In this document: piece by piece, positions 1 through 11,092 of the stretch | Layout: every line of letters begins with the position of its first letter | Position numbering within the stretch: the first letter of the stretch is position 1 | Assembly (NCBI GenBank): GCA_002633005.1 | Contig: NMRA01000127.1 | Span: forward strand, 318,438-382,437 | Source of the DNA: Phoronis australis | Lineage: Eukaryota; Animalia; Phoronida | Length of the DNA: 64,000 bases | Direction of reading: 5' to 3' | Notes under the pieces: generated by a model | What the model was told of the DNA's origin: nothing | The model's database searches: none | What the model saw: only the letters and a program-made list of their open reading frames with translations | Made by a program: the position numbers and the translations under genes

Positions 1-1909
1 GGTTCCTATTTTCAAGACACATGTTCCTTTACATTCACCAGTTTAGAATACAGGTTGAGTTTCCTCAGTCGAAAGATGTCGCTAAAGTATAAACATTTTG
101 TAACTTTCAACCATGTTTGTCTTTGCCATATTTTACTCTTAATTTGTATGAGGTTTGTTTAAGAAGTGTGCAGGGTTTCCGCGGAGACATCACATATGGC
201 AGCAGTTGGAGTACCCATAACGTCGGCCTCAGCCGTCACTCACTACGGCGGCCAATTTAGATGGTGGTGCACTACCAAAAATAAAAGTTATACTGAAAAA
301 TTCATATTAAGTTCAGTGAGGTATGAAAATAATTATTTGGAGTTGTGTTGAATGAGAAATAATTGAGCTAAAACGTGTTTAAGTGGAGAGACAACGCTTT
401 TTCCTTTTTCAAAAAAAATCACTTGATATCCACTAAAGTGGTTCAGCAATGCCCTTATAATTTTTACAATTCAATTGATTTCAATTAATAAAAGTTGTAC
501 TGCAATACTTTGGGTGTGCACAGAACAGAATCAAATATGATTTTTAGCCCACTCCTATGTGAACCTGCTTGTGTTCATTTTGACACACCATACCACCATT
601 GAGGCATTGAGTATCATAGGTCAACATTTGTTTGTCAAAGACCCATACAAAGCAAACTCTAAAACCATACTTTTGATTCACGTTTTCGGTGATTTTCAAT
701 ACCACAGTTAGTGGTTCTAGTTATACACCATGAAAACAATGGACCTAACGCAATTATGGATTTTACCAAAAAATTCACCAACCCTCAGTTGGTTTGCCTG
801 GGACTTTAACAGTGACAGTTTTACTCTTTAGATGGAATGTCACAGCATTCTTAGCAATGAGAACAGAATATGAAGAGACCCTTGGGATCTACAGACTTTT
901 TGAAATTATGAACACGAAAGTGTACAAATGCCACTTTTAAAAAGTCTGGCATCTGGTGGTGTTGAAGATCACAATGTAAACCAGGGCTCGGAATGAACAA
1001 TGATAAAAATGAGGATTTTTTCCAGGTGATTTATCATTCCACAAATAAACAGTGTGACAGAAATACTTTTTAACTGAAACAAACGTTTTTGCACGAATAA
1101 AGTAAGAAACAGATAAAAAAGGAACTAACAAAGAGGAAACTGGAATCCAAACAAGATGAAATTGAAACCAAAAAGAGGAAATCCTTTTTAAATCCTTTTA
1201 AAAGAGGAAAATTCCAAGCCATGGTAAACGTTATCAACTTCAGTTGGCTTGTAGTAAACAACTGGTGACATCACAAATAACTCGTTGACAACTAGACAAT
1301 ACCAGTAAAAACATGTCACTAGTGGCATAAGAATTGAACGCAGGGGTACACTGCAACATACGTTTTGAAGCAAGTAAGACAAAGCAACCATAATAGAAAA
1401 ATAGATTGAAAAGTCGTCTGCCTGAAAGATTCTCAAGGCACGCACCATACAAACAAGCTGAACTCAAAGCTCACCACACCTAACACGCAAAATATGAATC
1501 CGATTCTACGGCCACAAGTTATCTTTGATGTCACTGGATGTTTACCGGCTGACAACTGTCTCATAATGTATTTGAAAAACAACAGCAGCACCATAAACGA
1601 AATAACACAAATTAGGCTGTTTCATGCTTCACTGAACGCGAAGGGTCAAGTAGCTATTCTGTCATGGACAACTCATAACTAGCACCTGTTTACATTTTGT
1701 TTTGCATTAATAAAAACATGAGTGAAATCAAATCCCCTTGGGGTCTGCTTCAAGACAAACCATAAACTCCAGTCAAAAAACTAATCTTACATTCATGTTA
1801 AAGCCGCATTAACTAATGTTCTGGAGTTGTGAAAAACAACTTTGATAAAATACATATAGTACTTTTAAATCAACCTCATAACATTTTCATCTTTTTCTGA
1901 AATAAAGTT

Positions 1910-2322
1910 ACCGGGATTTTTCGTAGATACGCCCATGGGTGTGTATTCGGAAAATGAAAATTTTCAGGAATTTTTGTAATACCAAATAAATGCCTGCGCA
2001 TTTATTCAGAAAAGGGGGTGTGTAAACGGAGAGTCACAGTTTTGTTGACTGACATTTTTTACTTAAAACTGGATTTTAAATTTTATGTTAGTTAATGTGT
2101 AGTTTGCCAACACCTTGTTCATTTTCATAAATGACAAATGCTCCACAAAACTGAGTTTGTGACAAAAAGTTAAAGCTAAGTGGACTTTCACGAAGAAATT
2201 TTCAAAATAAACGCCCCACTATCTGGACACCTGACGCCCATGGGCATTTATTCAGCACAATTTTCCGAATAAAAGCTTATGGGCGTTTCAACGGGTGGGC
2301 TTATCTACGGAAAATTCTGCCA
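1910..2322. mobile_element. MITE, Tc1/mariner-pogo-like termini
   Basis: Imperfect TIRs TACCGGGATTTTTCGTAGATACGCCCA / TGGGCTTATCTACGGAAAATTCTGCCA, with internal repeats of cgcccatggg and tattcggaaa. Confidence 0.55.
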
Positions 2323-3196
2323 GTTGCCGTTGATTGACTGGAATTTCCCAGTCAGCTGAAGCTAACACATGGTTACAATCTAACATAGTGAGCTTGGTCT
2401 GAAACAATAACACAAGATGTCACTTCTTCTCAAGCCTAGAAATCATTTTTAATTTGTGAAATGAAGAAAATGAGGTCATTTTTTACAGTAAGTGGCCTAA
2501 ATCAAATCGTTTTTTTCCAGAAGTCGTATATTGCACATTTAAGCTTCTGACTTAAGCTTTTCCTCAAGTCCGTCTTACAGAGTTTTCCACAGATAAGCTG
2601 GACGAACAATGTACGGAAAATATGCCCAGGGTTACAAACTTTGCATGGTCAAAACATTACACCGTGACATTTGGGTTTCCATAAACTGTAGTTTTACAAT
2701 AAAATGCCACTAGCTTGTATGCGTAAAAGCGTAACATACTAGAAAAGAAAGTCGCAGTGTTTAAAAGTCAAATCAAATTTTTTGACCTCAGACAACAAAA
2801 TTAACAACTTGACAGGGGTCTTAAGAAGATTTTCACAATGTTACCTTCTTGGTACAGAAACAAACTATGGTTGACTGAACTTTTTTTTAAATAAAACAGA
2901 GAGTTAGATTATATTGAAAAGGTTGATTATTGGAACATGAAAAATTAGCTAAGATGCTTAATTGGAATGTGAAATAATCTTAGTTTTAATTAGTCATTGA
3001 AACTTAAACAAATCACAGTTTTAAACCAAAAGCAAACGAAGTTAGTTTCTTGGAACAGCCTCAAGTTCTTCTGGGAAAATTAATTGACATGTGCTGGGCC
3101 TAGACTAGTATAGACTCGGGTTTATATACACATGCATGGGCCTAAATGCGCGCATGTACGGTCCGTGTAATTGTTCTGGTCAATGCAATCTGTAGG

Positions 3197-6100
3197 TCAC
3201 GTGCAAGCAGGTTCGTAATTGATATCAAAACTACCACCCCTGCCACTCCCTTGAGTAAATTTTGTAGCACCTACAATAAGAAGTAAACAAACAAATATCA
3301 TCAATGCTTTGAAATGCCAAGAGATGAGTGAAAAAATACATAATGTTTACTCATCTTGGGTGGATTTTCTTTTTAGAAAAAGTGAGAAACTAAAAACAAC
3401 CCGCCAAGGACTTGATGTTCAAAAAATCAGACGAGAACTATCTATAGATACTTTTTTGGCATTAGCTCTCAATTCCAATTGAAGGTCGAAACCTATAACA
3501 CCACTGCAATAGAAATTTTTGTCCAAATTGAGGGGTTAAATTTAGCAAGTTTCAGTTTCAAGCAGCAAGTGAAAACAAAATACAGTTTTAAGGTTATGTA
3601 GGACCTTATGGACAAATAAGTGCATTTAGCAAAATAACTCAGTAGATTGTATTTCCCGAAAATAAAAATTCTGGAGAATGTGATTTCATACTTTATACCA
3701 ACCCGCTATTAATTGCGTCACATCACCATGTCTTTTATTAAAGAAAATGAAACAAAACGAAAGATATGTTCAATAACATGTCGACCAAATTTCTTTCGAT
3801 ATAAATGCTCGCAGTGAAAGCTCAAAAAAGTTACCCGTTTTCTTAACTGTCATTTCATTTTTGTTTAATGCCACTTTTGAATTTAATTTGTTGAAATAAA
3901 AATTGTGTGAGTCCTGAACTTTTATAGCCTTTAACAATTCCTAAAAGTCATTTGAAGAACATCGCAAAAAGCCCAGTATCTGAAAGTTAGCCATTTCTGA
4001 GAAAGTCGGCCAAATTTGGAATTTTTCTCAGGTCTTGCATTTCTTGAACATTTCAAACCCATAACAGACACCTCTTAGAAACAGAACCGATTAACACCAG
4101 AGTGGTATTACCCAAACGACATCACGGAAAATCGATCAGCAGAAACATACTCCAAGACAGTTCTCAAATAAGACAATCGTAAACATGAAGCGGAGTTTAA
4201 TAAAACTTCAACCAACCTTTTGTAGATTCTAGTGAGATAACATGTTCTGCATTTCTCAGTTCAAATTCAAATGCTTCCTCCACTGACCACGTGTTGAATG
4301 AGGCATGATAGGCAGACAATCGGTCACTTCGCAGACACTCCTGAGGAAACCGCGACAGTTGTTTAGCTAGTGATAACGCATGGTCCAATGCTGAAACAGG
4401 GTCATAATGCTTTGATCAAAATCATGATCAACCGTGTTTTGCAGTGAAAAAGATCAACTTTGTTCACAGGCATTCTGATCTTCCAATCAGGCCTTCATCT
4501 AGAGGGTATCCAAGGCGTCTAAATGGACACCACAACTCAAACTTAGACACCGTGTTCAGCATTTGGATGCCACATCATGGCGTTCTTATACTCTGTTTGA
4601 ATTGGGATTGGTGACCCTAATTCCCTAGAATCCCTTGGCGGTCATACTGCTTTGGGTACTGAAATTAACCCACTGTAGCAATAAAATAGACCTGGTCTGA
4701 GGAAATAGCAACGTGCTAGTACGTCTGAAGCACAGGAATCATTTCTCATCTGAAGAAGGAACAAAATGAGATGAGTGGCCTAAATCAAAAGTTGGTTCTT
4801 GACAGAGGACGCATTATTTTTTATAAGTAGTCTTAACACAAAAACGCTGGAATAAGCATATTACCTCCATAGAATTAGACAGTCTAGAGCTCTTACCACT
4901 GACCTACTGAGGACCCGATATCTGTGCAATTACTGAGCACTGGACCGGCAGTCTAGAGACCTGCGGTTTGATTCTAAGTTGGAGTTCCTGATTTTTCTCT
5001 ATACATTTGATATATTTCACTATTGGCCAAAATAAGCGTCTATGTTTATTAGACAGTCTAAAAGTTTTCTTTGCCAAGATGGTAACTGTTTTGACCATCA
5101 AAAGGAAATGAGAGATCACATGAGGTTGACTTGAAGTGCCTAGTTCTGAAAGGAGTCGTCCTTTGAAGTTGGAAAGTTTGGCAAGGTCATTACATTAACT
5201 TCATAACAGGAGTTTCACTCTGAGATGGGGAAATAATTCTTTACAAGCAAAGCAAATTGTTAATTTAGAGAGCAAAAAAATGTTTTGAAGGGCAAGAGTT
5301 ATCGTCAAGAATACTGAATCTGTAGGGTTAATTAGTACTTTCGTTACTTCCTTCAATGTCACAAAAGAAAGTCAACGCACCTCTAAATATTGTCATGTAT
5401 TACCCAGAGAGTCATGCACTCTCAGTACCTTCCACCTACACAAACAAACCTTTAGTAAACGCAATTGCCAACACCAGTTGTTGAGCCTCACCTGTTCCTG
5501 TGGGGACAACATAATTGGCGAGGCCAATCTGACGAGCCTCCTGTGCATCAACAGCTCGTCCAGTGAGGATGAGGTCCAGCGCCCGCGATAGACCAATCAA
5601 ATGAGGTAGTCGAACTGACCCTCCATCAAGAAGGGGCACACCTGAAATTTAGTAGTTTCTAGATTTAAAAAATTATTTAATCAGAATGTTTTCATTTCAT
5701 AATTTNTTGCAGCCATGCCGGGGTGCGCTTCGTAGACTTAAAACACTTGCAAAGCACTTGCGTTGAGAAATCTTCGCTTACCTAACGGAAACAAAGAATT
5801 CTATCCCATAGTTCAACATTTCAACCTCACCGACCAATCACCTCAGTAACAATTTTACGTAATAAGGTCTCAAATGTACTCGCAAAACACTCGCCTTTCA
5901 CTCGTGTGAGTTTGCATGGCTTTGCGTGATCCTGTTTTTTCGCGACTTTCCCCCGTGTCTACAGAATGCACCCCAGCCCAAGAAAAAGCGAATTAGACAC
6001 ACAAGGATGAGTGATTACCAAATCGCCTGCAGAACACTCCCATGGTGGCATCTTCTTCTACGACTCTTAGGTCACACATAAGGGCTAGCTCCAGACCACC

Positions 6101-9100
6101 AGCCACGGCACAGCCAGAAATGGCGGCTATCACAGGTTTGTTGAATATTCGCTTCGTAGGTCCCTGCACGTGAGAATGAATGGGGTGAATCACAACAAGT
6201 TTACAGTATGAGTGCTACTTCAGCGGGACTATATAGGTCAAGTTTAAAGTAAGAAAAACATAAGAATGAAGTGGTTTACCAACACAGAAAATGACACCTA
6301 TGATCTCCATTCCAACCACAATATAACATACAATAACTTACTTCACAACACTAATTTAAAACAACAAAACAATCAGCCATGTCATAGAGTGAAACAAGAT
6401 GTCTCAGGGGAATAGTCACATTAGTGAAGCACCGCTCAACATAACTTTATTCAAAGCATGCATATCAGGGGCAATCAGTTTGTGCAACTATTGGGTGGGT
6501 TGGGACAAATGATATCTCAATGTACAGTCTTGTTTTGGTATGATTTTGCTCTTTGTCAGAATAAACATCTGATATCCTGGATCAATACTTACACTTTTCC
6601 ACGATTACACTACGACAGGGTGGAGCCCGTGGGTGGTATTTTGACACCATGATAAACTGTCTCAAACTTAATTGAAAAGTAGATGAAACACCAAACATCA
6701 TTTCATTCGAATTTGAGCACTTGAGCTGTCACCACGTTTCTAACTTTTGACAATTTGAAAAGTTTTTGTACCAAGACGCCAATGTATTTTAAGTCCAGTC
6801 TGTAATTACTTTGAAAATCCCAAGGTAATCAATTAACCCATTCTAAAATAGTGGCAACCCACAGGTGCCTATGCCTGCCTCTGCATTCAAAACTGGGTGT
6901 AGACGCAAAATGGTGCTTTCATGGAGAATTGAGAAGAATCTCGGTGGTTTCTTGAGACCAACGCATGTTGTGAACAATACGACCATCTCAAAAGTTAGAC
7001 ACATACCAATGGCCCAGAGCCCTCTGTCAGGTCTCCATAAAATTTGCTCACATCTACCGCCTCTCCAGCTTCAGAAAGTTCCGCTAAGTCATAACCAGCA
7101 CAGAAATGTCCCCCTAGTGATAAAATGATAAAACTATAACACTCAGACAAAAACATATAAACTTTGTAGTTATCTGTTGGAAAAGACCACATAACAATTT
7201 AAACTGATCACAGAACAAATTAATTTTTTCCAATACTGCTGGTTCTCATTATGCTGGACCCCTATAAGAGGCTATTACCCAACTACCACATCATAGTACA
7301 TTCCACAGAAATGAAGTAAACTTTACCTTTACCGTGAAGAACAGCAACAGGTTGCCTATCATTCTCTTCAAATTCTTCAAAAGCCTCATTTAACTGTCGT
7401 GCCACAGACCGACTTACAGCATTCCTTTTATCAGGCCTGTTTATTCCAATAACACACACTCCATCCACGTCTTCCGAGTCTACGAATTTATCTACAAATA
7501 ACAAGGTTTGATTAGAAACCTAAACACTGGGGGCCTCTCTTCCCACATTACCACACACTTAAAATTCATTTCAACTGAGGAATGGGTATCCAAAACAAGT
7601 TATGAAAAATCCTACACCAAGACAATATCATCCTAACCCACCACCACTCGCTTTCTCCACCACCTTTTCCCCAGATTGGTATTGTTATGAAACAATGTTT
7701 GGTCCACACTTGAGAACACATCCACTGCCTGTGTGCAATCCTCTTACGGTCAAACAAGAAACAGGATGAAATATCGCTTTGCAATCAACAGTCATTGAAC
7801 TTTATAATAAACATCTATCTCTAGGTTATTGTGACACATGGTGTGCCGACCACACACCATTAGAAGGTGTGCCAACCACGAACATTGAAGCCTCAAGTCT
7901 CAGAGATGACTCACTTAGATTCTACAGTCAGTGTGGCAAAGGACTCCGTAGTGTATAGACCTACTTACTAGTATTTGCGTATTATATGTAGTTATCATCT
8001 TCCAACAAGCAATATAAGTGTTATACCAATTTATTGTGTTACCACCTACACAACAATTGGCGACAAGGATAAAGCAGAACTTCATAATGGCTCAACATTT
8101 TCACGTGCCTGTACCGCCAACTTACTGGCCCACTGGACTGGACACTCCATCGCTCAAGTTCGAACAGTTCCTTGAAATTCAGACGGTCAGCTCTGGAATG
8201 CCCACCGCATGCGAAAGGTTTTCGAAGAGGCACCCGATACCTGCTACAACTTCGCATGTTACCATGACAATTTTGACGTGCCTCGGCGATCGTTCTGCTC
8301 CAACAGAAGACTGCCACCAACTCGATTTCCGCACTAACGCTTGACGAGCGGGGGGAGGTTGGTGTGCCGACCACAAACATTGAAGCCACGAGTCTCAGAG
8401 ATGACTCACTTAGAATCTACAGTCAGTGTGGCAAAGGACTCCATAGTGTATAGACCTATTTACTAGTATTTCCGTATCATATGCAGTTATCATCTTCCAA
8501 CAAGCAATATACGAGTTATACCAATTTCCTGTGTTACCACCTACACAACAACACATGACTTCCTGGTGTGACGTGCAGCCAGATAAACCCTTTCTAAGTC
8601 GCTTGCCAAGTGGCAATTGCTGCTGAGCTGAATAATTCAGACGCTCAGCTCTCAAATACCGATGCTGGAGAAATTTTCTTCATTGGTGCCCAGCAACGGT
8701 AGAACCCACGACCAGACAGAATGTCTGCACTCTTCTCGAGGCAATTTGGAGTCATGCTTCAGCAACTGCAGTGGAAACCCACTGATAAGAAACATGGCCG
8801 ACCTGAGGGGGCAGGCTTGATTAGTTGTAACATGTGACTTTTGGCTGTGACATACAGCCAGATAACAGAAAGCCTCTTTAAGTCGCTTGCCAGGAGTGGC
8901 AATTGCCTCTTAGCTGAAATGGTTTAGATGCTCGGCTGTCGCACCTGCAAACTAGATTCAAGTCGTGAAATGAGATTTCAAAAATGGCATATGTCTGTAG
9001 TTGCTAGGATTCAAAAATGAAAAAGTAGGACATCTGGAGTAAATCGAGGTCAAACGCTACAAGGGGCAAATGCCGACTGCAACACCCAAGAATATTCTAG

Positions 9101-10309
9101 CACTCTTTTAATCGGGCTTGCAAAATGGAGAGAAAACCATGTGGAAAAGTATAAAATCATACACTATGACCATTTTTCTAAGCGTGCCAAGCAGCAACAC
9201 ATTTACACAATTACATCACCTGTAGACGTTGTCGGTTCGGCCAGCTGATAGGCTACAACTACGTGTTGCCTACGAGGTATTTTGATGGTGTGAAGCTAGA
9301 CAGTGACCACCGTCTCTATCTGGCCCCAGCTCTTAATATGCTGGAAGCTTTTCAGTGAATTATGCTTCACACTGTCATCAAAGTCACGTAACACCTTTTG
9401 TCAATTGTAGTAATAGCCGAGATCACCCGACCCGGGGATCGAACCCGCGACCCCCATAAAACCGGCAAGCGTGCTAACCATTCAGCTAATAGGCAATTGC
9501 CCGTTAGCGAGTAGCTAACAGAGGCTCATATAATTCACCGGAAGCACATCTACAACATTCCCCCCTTTCCTACGGAACGGGCACGCGACAGGAAGGTGAA
9601 CACCAGGATGTCTCGCATACAGGTCATCAACGTCCCTTGGTACCTTTACCACCACAACACAGGTGAACACAAGGTCGTCTCTCATACAGGTCCTTGACTC
9701 CTGGAACCTTCCACGCGCGCTATCCCGAGGTCTGTGGGTACTAGTTGGCAGTGCTTCATCGGTAGATCATCCGTTTGCCGACTACGCCATTTGTAGGAAT
9801 AGCCGAGATCACCCGACCCGGGGATCGAACCCGCGACCCCCATAAAACCGGCAAGCATGCTAACCATTCAGCTAATAGGCAATTGCCCGTTAGCGAGTAG
9901 CTAACAGAGGCTCATATATCATTCACCGGAAGCACATCTACAACACAATTTTACGCATAGTCATATAGAGCTTCAGGAGGCTGTCGACAAACACCCTCGT
10001 AATCAGTTTTGTCTTCAAGTAGTACTTCGTTCAGCTGCCCAAGTCGGAAACTGTCCATGTTTACACTGCGCGAAACTGGCGAGCGCGGTAAAAATAGGAG
10101 CTGCAGACGGTGGTCACTGTCTTGTGTAAAGCAAGAAAATTTTCAAAAAGCAGGATTGTCCAGTCAAAAGCGAGATATTTATGGAGTTAAACGGTAAAAT
10201 ATTACTCACTAATATCTACAAGAAAGCATTTGGATCTTGAAAATGACAAAACGGCAGGATTATGATTGAAAGATAATTTCACAAGATGCCTTATCAAGGG
10301 CGCCGCCAT
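3197..10309 (-). CDS. Enoyl-CoA hydratase/isomerase (crotonase family), echA8/PRK08259-like, spliced gene
   Basis: Core exons on the minus strand, all GT-AG with consistent phases: 7491-7327, 7113-7007, 6163-6019, 5641-5492, 4390-4217, 3270-3197 (stop TGA). They translate to ...[11 protein letters not shown]...[13 protein letters not shown]...[26 protein letters not shown]...[50 protein letters not shown]...[12 protein letters not shown]...[15 protein letters not shown]. The 5' end is ambiguous: candidate first exon 10309-10210 ([14 protein letters not shown]..., phase-1 donor GTGAGT) and/or exon 10058-9995 (MDSFRLGQ...). Predicted length is about 292-346 aa depending on the model. Confidence 0.93.
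5718..5976. mobile_element. MITE in a hydratase intron
   Basis: TIRs CCGGGGTGCGCTTCGTAGAC / GTCTACAGAATGCACCCCAG. Confidence 0.55.
7830..8980 (+). mobile_element. Older degenerate tRNA-LTR TRIM, interrupted by the 7839-8550 element
   Basis: Removing the 7839-8555 insertion gives tgtgacaca+tgacttcctggtgtgacgtgcagccagataa...aagtcgcttgcca.gtggcaattgc..agctgaa. This matches a second copy at 8826-8980 (tgtaacatgtgac...cagccagataa...aagtcgcttgccaggagtggcaattgcctcttagctgaaatgg). A PBS-like TGGTGCCCAG follows ...TTCA at about 8684, and a purine run GAGGGGGCAGG precedes the second copy. Confidence 0.55.
7839..8550 (+). mobile_element. Internally deleted LTR retrotransposon (Gypsy-like, non-autonomous) with probable gag 5' remnant
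   Basis: LTRs at 7839-8055 and 8360-8550 (TGGTGTG...CACAACA), with a 5-bp TSD ACACA (7834-7838 and 8551-8555). PBS TGGCGACAAGGAT at 8058 has one mismatch to the tRNA-Ser(GCU) complement TGGCGACGAGGAT. PPT GAGCGGGGGGAGG precedes the 3' LTR. The short [20 protein letters not shown]... follows the PBS. Confidence 0.85.
9406..9945 (-). mobile_element. Intact non-autonomous mini LTR retrotransposon (TRIM) with tRNA-like Pol III promoter inside the LTRs (Helenus-like)
   Basis: Two near-identical LTRs at 9406-9557 and 9792-9945 with TG...CA ends, flanked by a 4-bp TSD CAAT (9402-9405 and 9946-9949). On the minus strand, PBS TGGCGTAGTCGGCA (9789-9776) is complementary to the tRNA-Ser 3' end ...TGCCGACTACG-CCA. 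PPT AGGAAAGGGGGGAA sits at about 9571-9558. Each LTR contains A box TAGCTGAATGG and B box GGTTCGATCCC. Confidence 0.92.
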
Positions 10310-10507
10310 TGTTGACCTTCACCTTCAACTATTAGATTTAACTTAGAGAGTTAAAAATATTCTATTAACGATTACAAACGAAAGGAATATTGAAACAGAA
10401 ATAATTTCAAAAAATCAACAACAGTTTAAAACTCATGAAACATATGAAACGTGTAACATAGTAATGTTTTGTCAAGTACATTAAATTACAAATTAATTCT
10501 TGTCTGT

Positions 10508-10579
10508 GGGGATGTAGCTCAGCGGTAGAGCGTCCGCTTTGCATGCGGAAGGCCCCGGGTTCGAACCCCGGCATCTCCA
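10508..10579 (+). tRNA. trnA-UGC: tRNA-Ala (anticodon UGC)
   Basis: Sequence GGGGATGTAGCTCAGCGGTAGAGCGTCCGCTTTGCATGCGGAAGGCCCCGGGTTCGAACCCCGGCATCTCCA. It has a 7-bp acceptor stem with the G3:U70 alanine identity pair, anticodon stem TCCGC/GCGGA around TT-TGC-AT, and canonical A and B boxes. A TTTT Pol III terminator follows at about 10587. Confidence 0.97.
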
Positions 10580-10668
10580 CACCTACTTTTGTTTTCTTAT
10601 GACCACTTTTTGCTTGACAAAAAAAAGTTTAGTTATTGAAAGCATTCATATCCATTCGTCTGTTGATA

Positions 10669-11092
10669 CAAAATAACAGTACCAATATATCGCATACAAA
10701 GTCACTGGCAGATAACTGGAACTGACGCCATGCGCCTAAGTTATATAAATTAAAGGGCACTGGAAAAGTCAGAATATCATCACCCCATGGTCACATGGTT
10801 GTACGAAAACTTAACGTGCATCGTAGGATCAACTCGGTATCCCAATATCACCACGTCTGTTAGACCCGTAGGAAGGTAGCAAAATAACTGTACCAATATA
10901 TCGCATACAAAGTCACTGGCAGATAACTGGAACTGACGCCATGCGCCTAAGTGGCATAAATTAAAGGGCATTGGAAAAGTCAAAATATCATCACCCATGG
11001 TCACATGGTGGTCCGAAAACTTAACGTGCATCTTAGAATCAACTCGGTATCCCAATATCACCACGTCTGTTAGACCCATAGGAAGGTAGCAA
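10669..11092. repeat. Tandem duplication, about 211-bp unit x2
   Basis: caaaataac.gtaccaatatatcgcatacaaagtcactggcagataactgg...ttagaccc.taggaaggtagc occurs twice head-to-tail with few differences. This explains the self-repeating ORF 10780-11127. Confidence 0.9.

Noticed and set aside
540-1700. Purine-rich, K/E-biased stretch that may be a fossil transposase
   Set aside because: All frames are interrupted, and I could not identify a catalytic motif or termini by eye.
9420-9490. tRNA-like sequence on the minus strand (also at 9806-9875)
   Set aside because: It has A/B boxes but no pairing acceptor stem or proper anticodon arm, and it is part of a TRIM LTR, not a tRNA gene.
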